DNA of 64,000 bases from Acidiphilium sp. GTDB lineage: Bacteria; Pseudomonadota; Alphaproteobacteria; Acetobacterales; Acetobacteraceae. The stretch is from contig DAIDMG010000002.1 of the NCBI GenBank assembly GCA_027449105.1, positions 7,201 through 71,200 of the forward strand, given 5' to 3'. The translations under genes were made by a program, and so were the position numbers. The first letter of the stretch is position 1, and the number at the start of each line of letters is the position of its first letter. Positions 58,739-64,000 of the stretch are shown here, piece by piece. Under the pieces are notes generated by a model, which was not told the DNA's origin, ran no database searches, and saw nothing but the letters and a program-made list of their open reading frames with translations.

Positions 58739-60168
58739 CTCATCAGCTTTGCAACCCGCAATGCATTCGTTGTGCCACTCTGACCAAATGGAACACCAGC
58801 TACAACGACGATTTCCTCGCCCGGTTTGGCAAATCCTTCCTGACGAGCGACGCGCATCGACAGCGTGACAGCCTCGGTCATCGAGAACACTTCATCCGTC
58901 ACGACAACGGCATGCACTCCCCAGACGACCGCAAGTCGGCGCGCTGTCTGCAGGGACGGAGTAAGGCCGATCACCGGGCAATGCGGCCGCTCACGTGCAA
59001 CACGTAATGCGCTTGCGCCAGAGCTGGTAAAGGCAACGATTGCTTTTGCGTCAATCGTGTGGGCAACCTGCCAAGCGGCCCGAGCTATCGCGTCGGGAGA
59101 GGAATGTTCAGGATCAGGACGTTTCTGATCGATCCCTCGTTGCCAATCCTCGTCTCGCTCCACGCGGGCGACGATCCGATCCATCATATTGACTGCTTCG
59201 CGAGGGTACTGACCAGCCGCAGATTCCGCCGAAAGCATAACGGCGTCCGCGCTGTCATAAACTGCTGTCGCTACGTCCGATGCCTCCGCTCGGGTCGGCG
59301 CGGGAGAGGTAACCATGCTCTCGAGCATCTGCGTTGCAACAACAACCGGCATGCCGCGCAATTGGGCCGCTCGAATTATACGCTTCTGGGCAATAGGTAT
59401 TTCTTCAGGAGGCAGTTCAACCCCAAGATCGCCGCGCGCTACCATTACGGCATCGGAAGCATCAAGCACAGCATCAAGATTGGTAAGTGCTTGAGGCTTT
59501 TCTAATTTGATCATTACCAAGGCGCGACCAGCAGCAATTTCCTTGGTTTCCACAACGTCCTCGGGCCTTTGGACGAAGGACAGGCCGATATAATCGATAC
59601 CGCGATCAAGAACGAAGTCGAGGTCATAGCGGTCCTTTTCGGTGAGGGCCGGGATCGGGAGAACCACATCGGGAACATTCACACCCTTTCTGTCCGACAA
59701 GATGCCCCCATTCATGACCTCGGTGAGAAGATGGTCGCCACGCTTGCGCAAAACACGAAGCCGAAGCTTGCCGTCATCAAGCAACAAAGTAGTACCGATA
59801 CCTGCTGCAGAAATAATCTCGGGGTGTGGCAGATTGACCCGACGACGATCGCCGGGAGCCGGGTTCAGATCAAGTTGAAATTCCTGGCCAGCTTGCAACT
59901 GGACGCGCCCTCCCTGAAATTGCCCGAGCCGAAGCTTCGGTCCCTGCACATCCGCCAAGATCCCGATCGGACGACCAATTCGATGCTCAAGTGCCCTGAT
60001 CATCTCGATGCGTTCCGCGTGATCGGCGTGGGTCCCATGGCTGAAATTGAGTCTGAATACGTCGGCACCTGCCTCGGCCAATTGCGCCAGCATCTCCGGT
60101 GTGGAGCAGGCTGGGCCGACCGTCGCGATGATTTTTGTGCGCCGATGGCGGCGTGAGCGGGATGTCAT
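58735..60168 (-). CDS. pyk: pyruvate kinase
   Basis: RTKIIAT.GP, RLNFSHG, GPKLR, MVARGDLGVE, ATQMLESM, PTRAE.SD, MLSAES. Confidence 0.99.
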   Translation of the reverse strand: MTSRSRRHRRTKIIATVGPACSTPEMLAQLAEAGADVFRLNFSHGTHADHAERIEMIRALEHRIGRPIGILADVQGPKLRLGQFQGGRVQLQAGQEFQLDLNPAPGDRRRVNLPHPEIISAAGIGTTLLLDDGKLRLRVLRKRGDHLLTEVMNGGILSDRKGVNVPDVVLPIPALTEKDRYDLDFVLDRGIDYIGLSFVQRPEDVVETKEIAAGRALVMIKLEKPQALTNLDAVLDASDAVMVARGDLGVELPPEEIPIAQKRIIRAAQLRGMPVVVATQMLESMVTSPAPTRAEASDVATAVYDSADAVMLSAESAAGQYPREAVNMMDRIVARVERDEDWQRGIDQKRPDPEHSSPDAIARAAWQVAHTIDAKAIVAFTSSGASALRVARERPHCPVIGLTPSLQTARRLAVVWGVHAVVVTDEVFSMTEAVTLSMRVARQEGFAKPGEEIVVVAGVPFGQSGTTNALRVAKLMS

Positions 60169-60247
60169 CCTATGTCCTTCCTAGGGCGTTGCGCGCTCCG
60201 TATGGCAAATAAGAGAGCAAATGACCACATGACGTGTACGGAAGGAA

Positions 60248-60571
60248 ATGAACGCAATGACCGCACAGAAATTTGACGAGCAGACTACCACGTCACTTGA
60301 AGCTGCTGCATTCCAAAAACTGGTAGCACATCTTCGTCAACGGACCGATGTTCAGAACATTGACCTCATGAATCTCGCTGGATTCTGCCGTAACTGTCTC
60401 TCTCGCTGGTATCGCGAGGCCGCCGAAGCACAAGGCTTGACGTTGAGTGATCTGGAAGCACGCGAGATTATCTACGGCATGCCTTACAGCGAGTGGAAAT
60501 CCAGATACCAGCCGGCGTCTTCACCTGCACAGGACGCGGCGTTTGCCGAAGCACGCAAACCTCACTCCTGA
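60248..60571 (+). CDS. DUF1244 family protein
   Basis: LEAAAF..LV.HL..R.DVQNIDLMNLAGFCRNCLS.WY, IYGMPY.EWK. Confidence 0.93.
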   Translation: MNAMTAQKFDEQTTTSLEAAAFQKLVAHLRQRTDVQNIDLMNLAGFCRNCLSRWYREAAEAQGLTLSDLEAREIIYGMPYSEWKSRYQPASSPAQDAAFAEARKPHS

Positions 60572-60641
60572 GGGCGCTCGGTTGACCCAGCGCTACCGCC
60601 GCCCTATCCCCCTGCTCCGCTTTCAATTGGAGAACATGCCG

Positions 60642-60908
60642 ATGGCGCTCGATACCACCGATACCCCGACGACAGGAAACATTGCTGCAGACAGGTTGAA
60701 AAGTATCGTTGAGCGTATCGAACGGCTTGAGGAAGAGCGAAAGGCACTCGCATCTGACATCAAAGACATCTACGCCGAAGCGAAATCAGCTGGCTTCGAT
60801 ATCAAGGTGCTGCGGCAGTTGATCCGGATGCGGAAACAGGAACCAGCCGAAATCGAGGAGCAAGAGACGCTTCTTGATGTGTATCGTCGCGCACTCGGTA
60901 TGGTATGA
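60642..60908 (+). CDS. gapR: DUF2312 / GapR nucleoid-associated protein
   Basis: LKSIVERIERLEEE.K....DIKDIYAEAK..GFD.K..RQ.IR.RK; SD GGAG at 60629; alternative ATG 60636. Confidence 0.9.
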   Translation: MALDTTDTPTTGNIAADRLKSIVERIERLEEERKALASDIKDIYAEAKSAGFDIKVLRQLIRMRKQEPAEIEEQETLLDVYRRALGMV

Positions 60909-60977
60909 TCCATCATAGGACCGTCCCCCAACGCGAGCGCGTCAACTTGGCCACAGGTAACCGGTGTCATCAACGAG

Positions 60978-61006
60978 TTGACTTTTGCCAGCAAGACGAT
61001 TTATAT
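60978..61006 (+). promoter_or_regulatory. sigma70-type promoter of rplU-rpmA
   Basis: TTGACT-N17-TTATAT. Confidence 0.7.
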
Positions 61007-61089
61007 CCCGCCAGCTCGCCGGGATGTCCTATCGGTTTCCCGATGCGGTGTACTGTACGCAGTTCAGAAAAGCCAGAAAGAGTTGTGTA

Positions 61090-61416
61090 ATGTTCGCAGT
61101 AATCCGCACCGGCGGAAAACAATACCGTGTGGCACCGGATATGGTGCTTAAGGTCGAAAAGCTCGACGTTCAGGCCGGGAACACGGTAACCTTTACCGAC
61201 GTCTTGGCAGTGGGTGACGATTCAGGAGTAACGATCGGCAAGCCGATAGTCCACGGAGCCTCAGTGACAGCGACCGTGGTAGCGCAGGATCGCCTGGACA
61301 AAATAATCATTTTCAAAAAGCGCCGTCGGCAAAACAGTCGCCGTAAGAACGGCCACCGCCAGCACGTAACCGTATTGCGCGTAGCCGAGATCAACGCAGC
61401 CGGAGGAGCGCAGTAA
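61090..61416 (+). CDS. rplU: 50S ribosomal protein L21
   Basis: [28 protein letters not shown]. Confidence 0.99.
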   Translation: MFAVIRTGGKQYRVAPDMVLKVEKLDVQAGNTVTFTDVLAVGDDSGVTIGKPIVHGASVTATVVAQDRLDKIIIFKKRRRQNSRRKNGHRQHVTVLRVAEINAAGGAQ

Positions 61417-61686
61417 ATGGCCCATAAGAAAGCTGGCGGTTCGTCACGTAACGGTCGCGACTCAGCGGGGCGCCGCCTCGGGGTCAAGAAATCCGGCGGA
61501 TCCTCGGTTATTGCCGGTAACATCATCGTTCGTCAACGTGGAACCAAAGTCAAACCAGGACGCAATGTTGGACTAGGCCGAGATCACACGATTTTCGCGC
61601 TGGTTGATGGAAAGGTCAGTTTCGAAAGGAAGTCAGAAGGACGCGTTTATGTCTCGGTTGATGCCTTGCCGGTCGCAGCCGAATAG
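61417..61686 (+). CDS. rpmA: 50S ribosomal protein L27
   Basis: [30 protein letters not shown]. Confidence 0.99.
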   Translation: MAHKKAGGSSRNGRDSAGRRLGVKKSGGSSVIAGNIIVRQRGTKVKPGRNVGLGRDHTIFALVDGKVSFERKSEGRVYVSVDALPVAAE

Positions 61687-61711
61687 CAAAGAAGCTGGTC
61701 TCATCCGAGAT

Positions 61712-61738
61712 GGCCGGCGTATGCCGGCCTTTTTTTTG
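61712..61738 (+). terminator. intrinsic terminator between rpmA and obgE
   Basis: GGCCGGC-GTAT-GCCGGCC followed by a long T run. Confidence 0.8.
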
Positions 61739-61739
61739 A

Positions 61740-63895
<2,156 letters not shown>

Positions 63896-64000
63896 ATTTT
63901 GTTAGTCTGTTTTCGCACCAGTCATGCGCTCTAGGCAATACGGGAAGCGAATTATGAGACCTGTGTGCGGGTCAGGTTTCGCATTGATTTTCTGACATTT

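Overview
Core-chromosome window of an alphaproteobacterium, most likely Acetobacteraceae/Acidiphilium-like (inferred from gene order, the AroK-AroB fusion and protein sequences). About 28 kb (16072-43934, minus strand) is one continuous ribosomal superoperon: rplK-rplA-rplJ-rplL-rpoB-rpoC-rpsL-rpsG-tuf-S10-spc-adk-alpha. It lacks fusA, and secE/nusG are not upstream. The flanks carry glgX-malQ, N-formylglutamate amidohydrolase, pal-cpoB-tilS-ftsH, pheST, an aldo/keto reductase, dcd-murA, tRNA-Thr(GGT) followed by a decayed IS481 remnant, a C26 hydrolase, tadA, xerD, aroKB, a DUF429-like protein, ymdB, hemB, pyk, gapR and rplU-rpmA-obgE-proB. I found no CRISPR array, prophage, defence island or intact mobile element, and I cannot claim a proven new system. 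The best leads are non-coding: (i) an MmgR/SuhB-type sRNA with a PhaR-like box; (ii) an unannotated ~200-nt long-stem RNA candidate (55389-55587) carrying the same UUUCCUCCCUA core; (iii) a candidate sRNA and a tandem-hairpin element next to the DUF429-like gene; (iv) a recurring promoter-to-ATG geometry suggesting leaderless mRNAs. Several 1-2 kb gene-free spacers appear to hold eroded gene remnants. All assignments come from manual reading; no database searches were run.
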